DNA from: a virus
Taxonomy: Duplodnaviria; Caudoviricetes
Reading direction: 5' to 3' (one strand)
DNA: 59,807 nucleotides
IMG/VR virus record: IMGVR_UViG_3300028883_000009
Span: 1 to 59,807 of that record
This document shows, piece after piece, positions 47,938 through 57,759 of this stretch (position 1 is the stretch's first letter; each line of letters opens with the position of its first letter). Made by a program: the position numbers and the translations under genes. The notes below the pieces were generated by a model that searched no databases, had not been told where the DNA came from, and saw only the letters and a list, made by a program, of their open reading frames with translations.

Positions 47938-48654
47938 TTAGTGCCTGAAAATCATGTGTAATATGTTAAAAACAACCGATGCGTTATCGCTTGAATCGTC
48001 ATGGTCACGGTAAACGCACCACATAACCTCATCACCGTAACTGAACGTGTCAGTCGGCATTTCAAGGGTGACGACACTCGTTGCCGATATGGGATTACCG
48101 CTTGAATAGGCAGTCCACCCTGTTAAATCCGTTGTCGTGCTGATAGTCGTACTTGCAGCATCTGCGTCCATTATAAACGCTTCCATCACAACATTATCCG
48201 TGCAGGTAGATTCGATAAACCCCGCCATATCGAGATAAAACTTCCTGTTCGGGTCGTACCAGTAAGGAATTTTGTACTTGAAATTAACGGCATCTGTCGT
48301 TGCGTAATTGAACTGCATCGCCCACACCCCGTTTGTGTCACCACCAAAAAACGTGCGGGTTGGTGTGTTTGTATCGGCGTTCCCCACCGTCCACAGGTTT
48401 TCATGTATCGGACACCACGAACAGTCAGTGTCAAAGGTCGGGCTTACCTGATTCGTCCCGTCCCATCCGCTAACCGTTACGCTTCCCTTTGTGTAAGAAA
48501 TGAAATCAGCAAAAACGTCAGACAGGTAGATGTAATTGCCCTTCATCTTGTCAACGTTCTTAGACCACGCAGTACCGTCTTTAGGATAGCCGTCAGTCCA
48601 CCGAGCACCGACAAGACAGAGAAAACAACATATAAGAAGTAAAATCTTTTTCAT
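47938..48654 (-). CDS. Signal-peptide-bearing virion-module protein (paralog of 49427-50146)
   Basis: MKK plus hydrophobic core; shared W.DG.P, SGWD.T, FFG.DTNG, AVNF, YR..DDS.DNAS. Confidence 0.7.
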   Translation of the reverse strand: MKKILLLICCFLCLVGARWTDGYPKDGTAWSKNVDKMKGNYIYLSDVFADFISYTKGSVTVSGWDGTNQVSPTFDTDCSWCPIHENLWTVGNADTNTPTRTFFGGDTNGVWAMQFNYATTDAVNFKYKIPYWYDPNRKFYLDMAGFIESTCTDNVVMEAFIMDADAASTTISTTTDLTGWTAYSSGNPISATSVVTLEMPTDTFSYGDEVMWCVYRDHDDSSDNASVVFNILHMIFRH

Positions 48655-49430
48655 TCAAGATTACCGAGATAAACCTGATAAATGTCATCTGCCGATAATG
48701 CGCTTAACCAGTAACATGCGTCATCCACATACCCTGAGAAATATGACTTTGCGTTCCAACTACTCCTGTCTGCCCCTATGTCGAAATCATCACCAATCGT
48801 ACCGTTCCATGTTGCGTCATCTGCCGTGGCTGTTGTTGCAACGGCAACCCCGTCTACATACAGGGCCGTGCTGTCCAAATCCTTCGGGTTCACGTCCGGC
48901 GAACTTGGAAGTGATGTTTCATAAGACACCGCAACGTGATGCCATGCACCGTCCCTTATGTCGGTTTCCGTAGCGTCAAGTTGCAGATATTTCCCCGCAG
49001 TCGGTTCACCAAAGAGAAACCCTAAGTACCCGCTTGCGCTGAAATAGAACTTCCAGCAGTCACCACCGATATTTTCTGTTCGCCCTGCAATTATGCCGTC
49101 TGTCGCAACGCTTGTCTTAACCCACGCTGTAAATGTCATACTGCCGTCACTTGCCGAGAAATTCATTGAACTGGGGTTTGATGCGTACAGGTAATTAGGA
49201 GAACCACCCAGTTGTACGCTTGTCCCGAATTGCCCCGACTTGTTGAACGTAGCAGACCCGCTAACCGACAAATTCACACTCCCCCAACTGTCTGTTGCCG
49301 GGGCAGAGGAATCGTCCATCTTCCACCGTGCGACACCAGACGAAACGGTTGTCCCTGTATACAGAACCGTGGCCCCCGCAAAGTCTGCAAACAAAAAAAT
49401 CAACAGTGCTGTTAAACAAATCTTCTTCAT
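48651..49430 (-). CDS. LamG/concanavalin-like domain protein with signal peptide
   Basis: WKMDD, TFTAWVK, DGAWHHVAVSY, LYVDG, IGA, FSGYVDD..W..ALS. Confidence 0.85.
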   Translation of the reverse strand: MKKICLTALLIFLFADFAGATVLYTGTTVSSGVARWKMDDSSAPATDSWGSVNLSVSGSATFNKSGQFGTSVQLGGSPNYLYASNPSSMNFSASDGSMTFTAWVKTSVATDGIIAGRTENIGGDCWKFYFSASGYLGFLFGEPTAGKYLQLDATETDIRDGAWHHVAVSYETSLPSSPDVNPKDLDSTALYVDGVAVATTATADDATWNGTIGDDFDIGADRSSWNAKSYFSGYVDDACYWLSALSADDIYQVYLGNLE

Positions 49431-50146
49431 TGCGTCTGATCCAGTAAATAGTCAAGCACACAGAACCGAATTGATGCGTTATCGGTCGAATCATCGGGAA
49501 CCCGGTACACACTCCACGATACCCAGTCGTCATCTGCAAAGGTAGCGGTTGGAACAAGGATGTTCACATTGCTTGTATACGTTACGGGGTTCTGTGATGC
49601 ACTTGCCGTAAAACCCGAAAGTGCCTGCGTGGTCGTTACCGTTGCCGAATTACCGGAAGATGTAACAGCGGTAAACCCCATAACCGCCCTGTCGGTTGAC
49701 GTTGTAGTGATGAAAGAGACAAGGGTAAGCGTAATGCTTGATGTAACGTCAAAAGCGGAATCAACATGATGCACGAAATTAACCGCCTGCTGCGTGGTCG
49801 GACTAAAAGACCACCCTCTCGCCCCGTTTGTATCTGCCCCGAAAAACTGCCACACCGCCCCGTTTGTGCTTGCCGCATCCACGTCTTGAATATGAAGCGG
49901 GATAGCACAAGACGTGCAATCGTTGAAATATGCGTTTGAATAGTCGGTATCGTCCCACCCGCTTGCTTTCGTCCCGCTATAATCGTGGGCAATGAGGGAA
50001 TAGAACAGGTCGTGCAGAAAAATAAAATTGTCCTGGGAATCGTCTATTACCTCATCCTGCGAATCGGTCTTTTCCGGTTTGCCGTCTTGCCATGTCGCAG
50101 CAAAAAGAAAAATACAGCTTATAAATAATATCAGTAACTTTTTCAA
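49427..50146 (-). CDS. Signal-peptide-bearing virion-module protein (paralog of 47938-48654)
   Basis: MKKLLILFISCIFLFAA; shared motifs with its paralog. Confidence 0.7.
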   Translation of the reverse strand: MKKLLILFISCIFLFAATWQDGKPEKTDSQDEVIDDSQDNFIFLHDLFYSLIAHDYSGTKASGWDDTDYSNAYFNDCTSCAIPLHIQDVDAASTNGAVWQFFGADTNGARGWSFSPTTQQAVNFVHHVDSAFDVTSSITLTLVSFITTTSTDRAVMGFTAVTSSGNSATVTTTQALSGFTASASQNPVTYTSNVNILVPTATFADDDWVSWSVYRVPDDSTDNASIRFCVLDYLLDQTQ

Positions 50147-50442
50147 CCCTCTCCCCCTTCGCCTGCGGCAAGAAAGTACGTTGTTATCGCCGTTGCCGCT
50201 GCCGGTTGTGCGCCGTCACTTATCTTCACGGCTTTTACCTTGAAATCGTCCCTGTCGTATCGCAAAAGGTGTGTTCCGTCCGACTCTATCTCCACCCAGT
50301 AAAGTTCTTTGAATTTCCTTTCAAGTTCCCGAAACTCGTCACCATCTGTCGTGTAGGCAATGGTAAGCGTACCGGCGATGAACCCCATGTTGCGGGTCGC
50401 TTTTTCCGCTTTCTCGGTCTTGAACTTTACCAAAAGTGACAT
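50143..50442 (-). CDS. Small virion beta protein, similar to the termini of 52045-53259
   Basis: YTTDG...YD....KVKA...A.G pattern. Confidence 0.55.
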   Translation of the reverse strand: MSLLVKFKTEKAEKATRNMGFIAGTLTIAYTTDGDEFRELERKFKELYWVEIESDGTHLLRYDRDDFKVKAVKISDGAQPAAATAITTYFLAAGEGGEG

Positions 50443-50443
50443 A

Positions 50444-51079
50444 TCAACCCTGCGGTAGCGGGTGCCGTGATGTCCACGACTCCCCGGTAAACGGCATGTT
50501 TTCTTCCATTTCCTTCATCGCCTGCCAGAATTTACCGTATGCCTGCTCTGCTTTTGCCGGTTCCTCAACATATTGCCAGAACTTGTAAACCGCCCCGGTG
50601 ATGATGGGGTCGTCCCGCCATGCGATAGAAATCTCGGAATGGGTGCTGCCTGAAATGTCTGACAACTGCTTGTAAAAACCATACGTCACGGCATAGGCAT
50701 CATCTGCCGTGGGATACCCGATATACACTCTCGGCAGACCACCAGACACACCGGCAAGGCAGTAGTATTTCGGCACCCCGGTCGTAGACGGCGGGTTTAG
50801 GACAATATCTTCTGATATGCCGGGGATAAGCTCGTACACGGTTGACCCGTCATTTATATAGAACTTGTGTGGGTGTAGAAAATCGGTGTCCAGGGAGTAG
50901 ACTTTCGTCCCGGCAACCGTGTTAAAACCCGTTCCTTCATCGAAAAGGAAATCCCACTTGACGGAATTAATCTCTACCTGCGCCCAGTTAATCGCCCGTG
51001 ACTTTCTGGTTGAATATGCGCTGCCACCGATGCCGGTAAATTCTTCCAGCATAGTTTCAAGTACAGTAAAACTACTCAT
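50444..51079 (-). CDS. Head-tail adaptor protein
   Basis: AINWAQ...WDFL...AGTKVYSL..DF...GVPKYY...YPTAD. Confidence 0.75.
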   Translation of the reverse strand: MSSFTVLETMLEEFTGIGGSAYSTRKSRAINWAQVEINSVKWDFLFDEGTGFNTVAGTKVYSLDTDFLHPHKFYINDGSTVYELIPGISEDIVLNPPSTTGVPKYYCLAGVSGGLPRVYIGYPTADDAYAVTYGFYKQLSDISGSTHSEISIAWRDDPIITGAVYKFWQYVEEPAKAEQAYGKFWQAMKEMEENMPFTGESWTSRHPLPQG

Positions 51080-51998
51080 AATAATCGTTCACCACGTCAT
51101 TTGGTTCTATTGGTTCGTGGGCATACGGCCCGATAAACCGTGACAGTTCCCACAACGCCCGTTTAAATTCCTCGTTGTAAAACATGAAATTCGGTTTCTG
51201 CGGTTGTTTCATTTCCTTCAACCGCCATATCTCACGCAGACAGTAGCTTTTCAGAACAGGGACTTGGAGATGTGATTCAATGGCAGATGGTGTATCGCCA
51301 ACGCCAAGGTCGGCACTTGCAATCGGGTCTTTGAAATAGTGAAGATACAGCGTTTCCCGTGAAGTCGGGATGTTCAGGTAATAGAGATTACTTCCCACCA
51401 CGCAGCACCACCACACGGCACCAAGCTGGTCAAGACCCGAATCCTTTGTCAGAAGCACGTCAAGGCTTGGCAGTATCTTTATGCTCCTGTTGTTGGTATC
51501 AGAATGAACGGACAGCAGCTTTTTCTGGTAATCTGTCGGCATGGACGTGTAGGCAACGGGATTGGTTGAATCAGCCGCTATTGTGGCAACGTCTGAATCA
51601 CTGTCAACGGTCAGCGTTTCGGATTCAAATGTTCCGCTTTGCCCGGTGTGGTATATCGTACCGGCTGCGTCACCCCCGGCCCACGACCCCGAATCAAGCG
51701 TTACAGATGTAACTGTTGAAGTCGCTTCGCTTGTATTGCCCTCAATTTCATCGTCTGCTTCAATCTCTGTCGTACCACCGCTGGTGAAAGCAAGTGTGTA
51801 AGACGCTGTGTAAACGCTTGTCCGTGTTTCAAGTGACGGCAGGCATATTTCCGGTATTTCGGGATATTCGGGGAACATCCCGGCTGCCACGGTCTGGTAG
51901 CCACGGTTTATAAGACGGTGAATCCTGCCCGGCCCCCAATCGTGAAAATCAGCCTCGTCTTTTATTTCCTGAGTAATAGTTTCAATAGTCGGCATATG
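51072..51998 (-). CDS. Second adaptor-like protein with an inserted 60-aa domain
   Basis: LINRG...MPTDY...IP...LHYFKDP...IESHL; ATG at 51998. Confidence 0.7.
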   Translation of the reverse strand, partial: HMPTIETITQEIKDEADFHDWGPGRIHRLINRGYQTVAAGMFPEYPEIPEICLPSLETRTSVYTASYTLAFTSGGTTEIEADDEIEGNTSEATSTVTSVTLDSGSWAGGDAAGTIYHTGQSGTFESETLTVDSDSDVATIAADSTNPVAYTSMPTDYQKKLLSVHSDTNNRSIKILPSLDVLLTKDSGLDQLGAVWWCCVVGSNLYYLNIPTSRETLYLHYFKDPIASADLGVGDTPSAIESHLQVPVLKSYCLREIWRLKEMKQPQKPNFMFYNEEFKRALWELSRFIGPYAHEPIEPNDVVNDYYE

Positions 51999-52044
51999 CC
52001 ACCCCAAAAAGTAGGGGGCGGGTGTGACCCCACCCCCAAACAGG

Positions 52045-53259
52045 TTATCTACCGATTATGGTCGCTTTTACCGTGAGAGTGGAAAGGTCGGTTCCGTATG
52101 CAACGTCAATGGGAACGCACTCAATTTCAGACGGATGTGCGTCTATCCACGCCGGGAACATGTCATCGTCCGTATCGGCTTGCAGCGTCATAATAGGTGC
52201 AGCACCAACGGTACACCCTTTGTAAAACGGGTGTGTCGTCCAGTGTGCTTCAGTAGCTGCCAGAGTATCGGCAACGGCAATCAGGTAGGCTTTCTTGTCG
52301 CTCGTTTCCATCGGCATCTGTCCACAATGACCGTACAGGTTCGGTATTCCAGTAAACGTATGGGTGTCGGAAGAATCGGTTATCTCGGCATTGGTGAACC
52401 GCTCATGCAAGAATGTTCCGGTGCCGGGGTCTTTGATGTAGACGTACCGTACAATATCGCCAGAGGTGTCAACGGCATCGGCAGCAAGAGTGTTAACCTC
52501 TGCGTATGTGCTTCCCTTCTGAAAGTCAATTTCTGTTTCAAGGGTAGCTGCGGGAGCACCACCGTCTTTCAACAGTTCGGGAACCTTGATAGTCCCCGCA
52601 TCGCCGCCGTCTGACCATGTAATGCTAGTCATAGCGACAATGTCTGTACCAAGTTTAACCACATCAGGGGTGCCTGCGGTAAAGGTCAGGCCGTCACCGT
52701 AGGTTTCGGCACCACTTGTCATCTTCGCCATGCTCATGTTGTCGGTTACGTCTTTCCACGCCTGCGTTGCGTAACTTACCCAACAGTGAGTGATGGCATC
52801 GGTTGCGTTAAAGGTAAGTGTTGTCGCCTGTCCTTTTGTGTGAACGCCTGTGGTGTCGTCATACCCCAAATCAACGGCAACTTGGCCCTGGGCCGGGGAT
52901 ACGCCACCGGCAATGGGGATTGTAAGGACATAGGCAGAGGCAGAATGTGCGGCAACATAGTCGATATGTGCGGCGGGCCATTTCAGGTAGCCGACATTGC
53001 TTGATACCGTTACATATTCCTCAAACACAACAGGAGGGGCCGGTGCGAAAACCTTGATTTTCTCGTTGGTGTGGTCGTAGTCGAATACATATCCGTCTTT
53101 GCCTTCGATGATTACACGGTCAATTTTGCTCAACCGCACGTCACCGGCTACAAACGACTCACCACCTGTGATATAAGAGGAATCAAACGTAACGTCACAC
53201 ATCTGCATACGTTTACTTCCAATATTGGAATTTGTAAGATTACTGATTGTTAAAGCCAT
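52045..53259 (-). CDS. Virion structural protein (small beta domain with large insertion)
   Basis: Follows the capsid genes; SYITGGE...YD....KIKVF N-terminus and GTDLS...IIGR C-terminus. Confidence 0.65.
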   Translation of the reverse strand: MALTISNLTNSNIGSKRMQMCDVTFDSSYITGGESFVAGDVRLSKIDRVIIEGKDGYVFDYDHTNEKIKVFAPAPPVVFEEYVTVSSNVGYLKWPAAHIDYVAAHSASAYVLTIPIAGGVSPAQGQVAVDLGYDDTTGVHTKGQATTLTFNATDAITHCWVSYATQAWKDVTDNMSMAKMTSGAETYGDGLTFTAGTPDVVKLGTDIVAMTSITWSDGGDAGTIKVPELLKDGGAPAATLETEIDFQKGSTYAEVNTLAADAVDTSGDIVRYVYIKDPGTGTFLHERFTNAEITDSSDTHTFTGIPNLYGHCGQMPMETSDKKAYLIAVADTLAATEAHWTTHPFYKGCTVGAAPIMTLQADTDDDMFPAWIDAHPSEIECVPIDVAYGTDLSTLTVKATIIGR

Positions 53260-53290
53260 TTGTTAATTCCCTTCATTATGGTGGTATAGG

Positions 53291-53313
53291 AGGGGGTGCC
53301 GAAACACCCCCCC
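53291..53313 (-). terminator. GC hairpin after the capsid decoration gene
   Basis: GGGGGTG-CCGAAA-CACCCCC. Confidence 0.5.
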
Positions 53314-53323
53314 CCGGTTTACG

Positions 53324-54079
53324 TCAGTCAATGGTTAGAAATATAGGGCAGTATTCGGTCTGCACCCATACCCGTGAGTAAACAACACCGACCCAGGGTA
53401 CATCAATGTCAAGGGTGCTATTGATTGCCCTGACCGAACCGGCTGTTTGATCAGCGCATACCATACTACCAACTACAGCACTATCGCCGTTTGCGCCGAC
53501 AAGCACGTTGGCAACACCACCCGTCTGCGCCCAATAGTAGTAATCACCAGTTACAGCAACAAGCGGGATACCGGCAGGTACAGCTTCCTCAGTCGCACTT
53601 TCGGTTACTCCACTAAACCCGCCCGGAGGGGGGATAATAGAGATTTCGGAAGACGTAGTAAGGGCAACCTGGATGCCCTCTGCCAGCGTAATGGTAATGC
53701 TGGTTGATGCGGCTTTAACTTCAGTTGAGTTGTCAATCGGGTAGGAATATCCCTGCCCGGTTCCATCGTTCACCATAAAGAACCCGCCACGGAAAGCATC
53801 TTCATCACACGCATTGTCGCCACTTGCCGCAATGGTCTGGGTGATTTCCTTCGTGCCGATTGCGGCTGCCGTGGTGAGGGCAATGTTCAGAAACCCCGCT
53901 GCCGGAACGGTTGCAAGACCCAACTTACCGGCTGAAAGGGCAGAACTCCCTGCCTGGCAATACCGGAATTTCCGGCCAAAATTGTCGATACGCAGAGTGC
54001 CGAGTTGTTCCTTCGCCGTGGAGGAAATCTCGTAAAGGCCCTGCGACCAACCGCTTTTTTTCATATCAGATAAAGGCAT
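53324..54079 (-). CDS. Capsid decoration/cement protein
   Basis: LGT......GRKFRYCQA...YYWAQTGG pattern; directly after the MCP. Confidence 0.7.
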   Translation of the reverse strand: MPLSDMKKSGWSQGLYEISSTAKEQLGTLRIDNFGRKFRYCQAGSSALSAGKLGLATVPAAGFLNIALTTAAAIGTKEITQTIAASGDNACDEDAFRGGFFMVNDGTGQGYSYPIDNSTEVKAASTSITITLAEGIQVALTTSSEISIIPPPGGFSGVTESATEEAVPAGIPLVAVTGDYYYWAQTGGVANVLVGANGDSAVVGSMVCADQTAGSVRAINSTLDIDVPWVGVVYSRVWVQTEYCPIFLTID

Positions 54080-54102
54080 CTGTTATCTCCTTTGATTAAT
54101 GG

Positions 54103-55077
54103 TTATGAAAGGTTGCTGTGAGCGATGATTGACTTCCGGTTGCTCACGACCTGATTGCCGTCAAAGTAAATCTTCAGAGACTTGTCTTCAGGCGAATCAG
54201 GAATCACTTTCCATTTCGTGCGCATGAAAAGACCGTCCTCATGTACGGCAAAACCCCAGTAGTTTGTGTTGATGCCAAAGGCATAACCAGACGGGCAGTA
54301 GTCGTCTGCGACAACTTTCTTACCCTCGAAAATCAGCCCGGTGAAACCGGCATCTGCAACTTCAGTCGCTTCTTTGAACCGCTGCTGAACTTCGAGCAGG
54401 TCGGCAACTTCGTTCCAAAGCGTTTCAGTGGTTACGATAATGTCCGGTTTCCCACCTTTTCCGCTGCGAATCTTTGCGTTTGACGCAAGGGTTCTCAGCA
54501 CGGCGAGGGAAATTGACTCGCTTGTGGTTGTGGTCTTCCCTTCCCACGGTTTCGTACCGTCTGCGGCAACAAGGTCGTCCTCTGCGATGTTCCCGTATTT
54601 CTGTGAAGTGGTTTCGCTGCAACACGCCTGTAGACCGTCAAGGCGGTTGGAATTGCCGGTATAGGCATCGTACAGGGAAGAAGCAATCAGCTTGGTGATG
54701 GTTTTCTGAGCACCGGCAACACGCTGAGTGATCAGCTTAACCTCTGCGTAGTCACCGGAGTTCTTCAACTCGTCAATCCTGCGAATAGTGGCATTGCCGT
54801 AACAGTGCCGCCAGTTGAAGTACGCAGCGTTGACGGATTCCCGGTCATCACTGGAAATCGTGTCACCACGCACGTACCACCCGCTTACCTGCTCGTCATA
54901 TTCAAGCGGGATGCGGATTTTCTCGCCACCGTCAGGGCGTTCCCATATGCCCTTCTTCTGGTCGATGCCGTATGTCATAAGCCATGAATCATCAAAATAG
55001 ATGTCCACAGCCTTTCCACCGTCTGCCATAAAATAATCGTTCGTGACGGATTCTCTTTCTGCATATGTCAAACTCAT
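54103..55077 (-). CDS. Major capsid protein (HK97 fold)
   Basis: GGEKIRIPLEY, LDGL, PDIIVTT, GFTGLIFEGKKVVADDYCP; after scaffold; AGGAGG RBS. Confidence 0.9.
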   Translation of the reverse strand: MSLTYAERESVTNDYFMADGGKAVDIYFDDSWLMTYGIDQKKGIWERPDGGEKIRIPLEYDEQVSGWYVRGDTISSDDRESVNAAYFNWRHCYGNATIRRIDELKNSGDYAEVKLITQRVAGAQKTITKLIASSLYDAYTGNSNRLDGLQACCSETTSQKYGNIAEDDLVAADGTKPWEGKTTTTSESISLAVLRTLASNAKIRSGKGGKPDIIVTTETLWNEVADLLEVQQRFKEATEVADAGFTGLIFEGKKVVADDYCPSGYAFGINTNYWGFAVHEDGLFMRTKWKVIPDSPEDKSLKIYFDGNQVVSNRKSIIAHSNLS

Positions 55078-55101
55078 GCGTTTATCCTCCTATCGGGAAG
55101 C

Positions 55102-56133
55102 CTATCCTGAACCCTTGCGCTTGCTTAAAAGCCTTTGATAAAGTGTCCTGTCACGGCCCCCGGTTGTTTTAGTGTCTTTCAGTTCATTGTCGTCATTGCC
55201 GCTTCTGCGGGCGGGAGATGCCTTGGTCGATTTCAAACTCTTTTTCGCCCTGAAATTTTCCTCCGCTTTCTGCCGACCCTTTTCTTCTGCGTTTTTCACT
55301 TCCTTTTCCAGTTTCGATTCTAGGTCTTTGATTTTCTTTTCAAGACTTGCTTTCGCTTCCGCTTCCTTCTTCTCGCCTGTGAGCAGTTTGTGTGCTGAAA
55401 TGAGGTTAAGGCCCATGTGCCTGTTGGCGTTGATGAACTTTTGCAGTTCACCCTTCTCGTACAGGGGAACAAAGTCATCATTGCCTTTGGCGTAGTCGCT
55501 GAGAATTTGCTTCGTCTGCTGCTTGCGTTCCTTTTCCGAAAAGTTCTTGTTGATCTCGCCTGAGATTTCGTGATGAATCTGCTGTGCAAGGTTCTGTAAA
55601 AACGCTTTCGGACTCTCATTCATCATGTCAACAAGTTCACCGTCTTCCATGTCCATGAGATTTGAGTAGGTCGGCCCGGTGTCCTGCCGCCGCTGTACGG
55701 GTCGTTGAACGCTTTGTTTCAGCGTGTCGATTTCCCGTTTCAGGTTGGCAAACTCTCTTTCAGCTTTCTCAGCCCTCTCCTTTGCCTCGTTTTTCTGCGC
55801 TATGACCTCTTTGAATCTCGGATGCTGGTCAAGTCGCTTTTCTTCCTGCTCACCTTCTGCGTCACCTGCCGGTTCGGTATCTTCTTCACCCTCGCCGTCT
55901 TTTTCGGTGTCGCCTTCGGCTCCCTCGTCATCGTCTGCATCCTCCTTGATGGTGGGAACCGTACCCTCTTGCGTTTCATCCTCTTTTTCGATGGTTTTCG
56001 CCCCATCGGTGGCGGGTTTGGATGTATCGCCTTTTTCGGGTGCGTCTGTTTCTGTGGCTGACGAATCCACAGGGGTCGATGCTATTTCACCCGGTACTGT
56101 GGGCATTAAGCCCTCATTAGCGTCATTTGGCAT
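55102..56133 (-). CDS. Scaffolding protein
   Basis: Acidic disordered N-terminus, HPRFKEVIAQKN, coiled coils; upstream of the MCP. Confidence 0.8.
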   Translation of the reverse strand: MPNDANEGLMPTVPGEIASTPVDSSATETDAPEKGDTSKPATDGAKTIEKEDETQEGTVPTIKEDADDDEGAEGDTEKDGEGEEDTEPAGDAEGEQEEKRLDQHPRFKEVIAQKNEAKERAEKAEREFANLKREIDTLKQSVQRPVQRRQDTGPTYSNLMDMEDGELVDMMNESPKAFLQNLAQQIHHEISGEINKNFSEKERKQQTKQILSDYAKGNDDFVPLYEKGELQKFINANRHMGLNLISAHKLLTGEKKEAEAKASLEKKIKDLESKLEKEVKNAEEKGRQKAEENFRAKKSLKSTKASPARRSGNDDNELKDTKTTGGRDRTLYQRLLSKRKGSG

Positions 56134-56187
56134 GTTGAACTCCTTTGATTAATTTGGATTTATGGCTGTTTAGCGTCTTGCCTTAGA

Positions 56188-56226
56188 CGAAAAAAACCCA
56201 CCTTGAATAATTCCAAAGTGGGTTTG
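56188..56226 (-). terminator. Terminator-like hairpin upstream of the scaffold gene
   Basis: AAACCCACTTTG...CAAGGTGGGTTT plus T run. Confidence 0.65.
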
Positions 56227-56424
56227 TATTACCGTGTTTGGTGGAGATTATTTAATTGTCAAAGAACGGGTGTTACTATTTCTTTGTCAAAATATTTATG
56301 AGCAATTTTTTCAATTCTTCAGCTTGTAGGTCTTCTATCTTTTTCCTTAAACACCTTGTACATATAATTTCTTCAGGCATCATAACATTGTCACACTCGC
56401 TGCAATAAATCTGTATGTCTGTTT

Positions 56425-56649
56425 TTACGCCAACCATGTTCTCCCCATTGGGTTCATAAGACAGTATTTCCCCTGTCGGTTAAAGAAAAACACTTCTCCA
56501 TCTTTTACTGTTACGAAAACCCCCTGTGGTACACCCAAAACCCTGTCAACGTCCTTGTTTAGTTTTCTTCCGTAATAACACCTAGCAGGGTCACGACCCT
56601 TGAAAAGATCATCAAAACTCCGATCTATTTCGTCACCAGTGAGTGACAT
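56425..56649 (-). CDS. Hypothetical protein
   Basis: GAGG RBS, operon context. Confidence 0.55.
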   Translation of the reverse strand: MSLTGDEIDRSFDDLFKGRDPARCYYGRKLNKDVDRVLGVPQGVFVTVKDGEVFFFNRQGKYCLMNPMGRTWLA

Positions 56650-56651
56650 GC

Positions 56652-56843
56652 TTACCTCTCACAAAAATTACATATATATCTGTCGCTGTTCGCTATCTTC
56701 TTCAATGTCACGCCCCTGTACCCTGTCGGGACACCGCACCGGGAACAGCAAACAACGCCACCTTTAAGGTAGTCCTTTATCTTTGCCTTTACACTGTTTC
56801 GCAGGTCTTTGCGGATTTTGAAGATGTCAACGTTTGGGGTCAT
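56652..56843 (-). CDS. Small zinc-finger protein
   Basis: CSRC...CNFC. Confidence 0.6.
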   Translation of the reverse strand: MTPNVDIFKIRKDLRNSVKAKIKDYLKGGVVCCSRCGVPTGYRGVTLKKIANSDRYICNFCER

Positions 56844-57184
56844 AAAACATTACCCCGTGCCGCTATTTCACCGTAATGGTTGATGACGATTACTTCTTTC
56901 GTGTTTTTATTCACTATTGCCTGACAATCACCATGCATTTCAAGATATTCATCCTGTGTGCCTGTATGACCGTTGCCATTTCTGTCATAAAATGTAAGAA
57001 CACAGGGGGTTCCACCCCTATACAGTTCCCACTCGTCTGACATAACGTTTAGTGAAATAAAGACACAGGGCGGATAAGATGGTTTATGATCTCGCTCTTT
57101 CAAAGACTTCGCAAATTTGCGAATCTTGTCCATGCTAATCTCTTTACTCTCTGCGTCACTTTCCCAAACACTTACGGTGTTCAT
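56840..57184 (-). CDS. Hypothetical protein
   Basis: Overlaps both neighbours by 4 nt. Confidence 0.55.
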   Translation of the reverse strand: MNTVSVWESDAESKEISMDKIRKFAKSLKERDHKPSYPPCVFISLNVMSDEWELYRGGTPCVLTFYDRNGNGHTGTQDEYLEMHGDCQAIVNKNTKEVIVINHYGEIAARGNVL

Positions 57185-57561
57185 ATCTCAATCCTGTGCC
57201 TTGCCTGCCGAGCTTCCCAAACCTTCTCGGCATGACGGTCAACGTTAAAATCCTTCTTCTGCCTTCTCTCCCCACCTTCAGCGGGGCGTATCCCTTCACC
57301 CTTCATCCACGCCTTGTAATTCGTGCGGGTAGGGTTCTTGCGAAATTCCACAACGTGCGGGGCGGTTGAATCCTTGTCAACTACCTCTAAGACAGAACGA
57401 ATCCAGGGTGCGTCATCGTTGGCACAGTTCACGCCGGATACACTGATTTTCCTCTCGGCGGTACCTCCACAGTGAGAACAGTCAATGTTTCTTTCGTCAA
57501 GTTTGCCGATTCGTTCCTCTACGTTCCCGCAGTCGGGGCAGTGGTATTCGTAAAGTGGCAT
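57181..57561 (-). CDS. FmdB-family zinc-ribbon protein
   Basis: MPLYEYHCPDCG...CSHCGG.AERKIS; AAGGAGG RBS. Confidence 0.85.
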   Translation of the reverse strand: MPLYEYHCPDCGNVEERIGKLDERNIDCSHCGGTAERKISVSGVNCANDDAPWIRSVLEVVDKDSTAPHVVEFRKNPTRTNYKAWMKGEGIRPAEGGERRQKKDFNVDRHAEKVWEARQARHRIEI

Positions 57562-57759
57562 TACACCGCCTCCTTCGGGGGTAGTATCCTCACCCCAAAC
57601 CACACGTCAGGCACTATGCCGGTATGCCATTTCAGGGAGTCGTATTCTTCCTTGTTCATCTGGTATTCAGACATGCCGTACATGGGGTCAACTCTGCCGC
57701 CTTCGTTTAAATACTTCTTTATGTTCTTCTTGATTTGCGCTGTTGATAGCATAAAGCAC

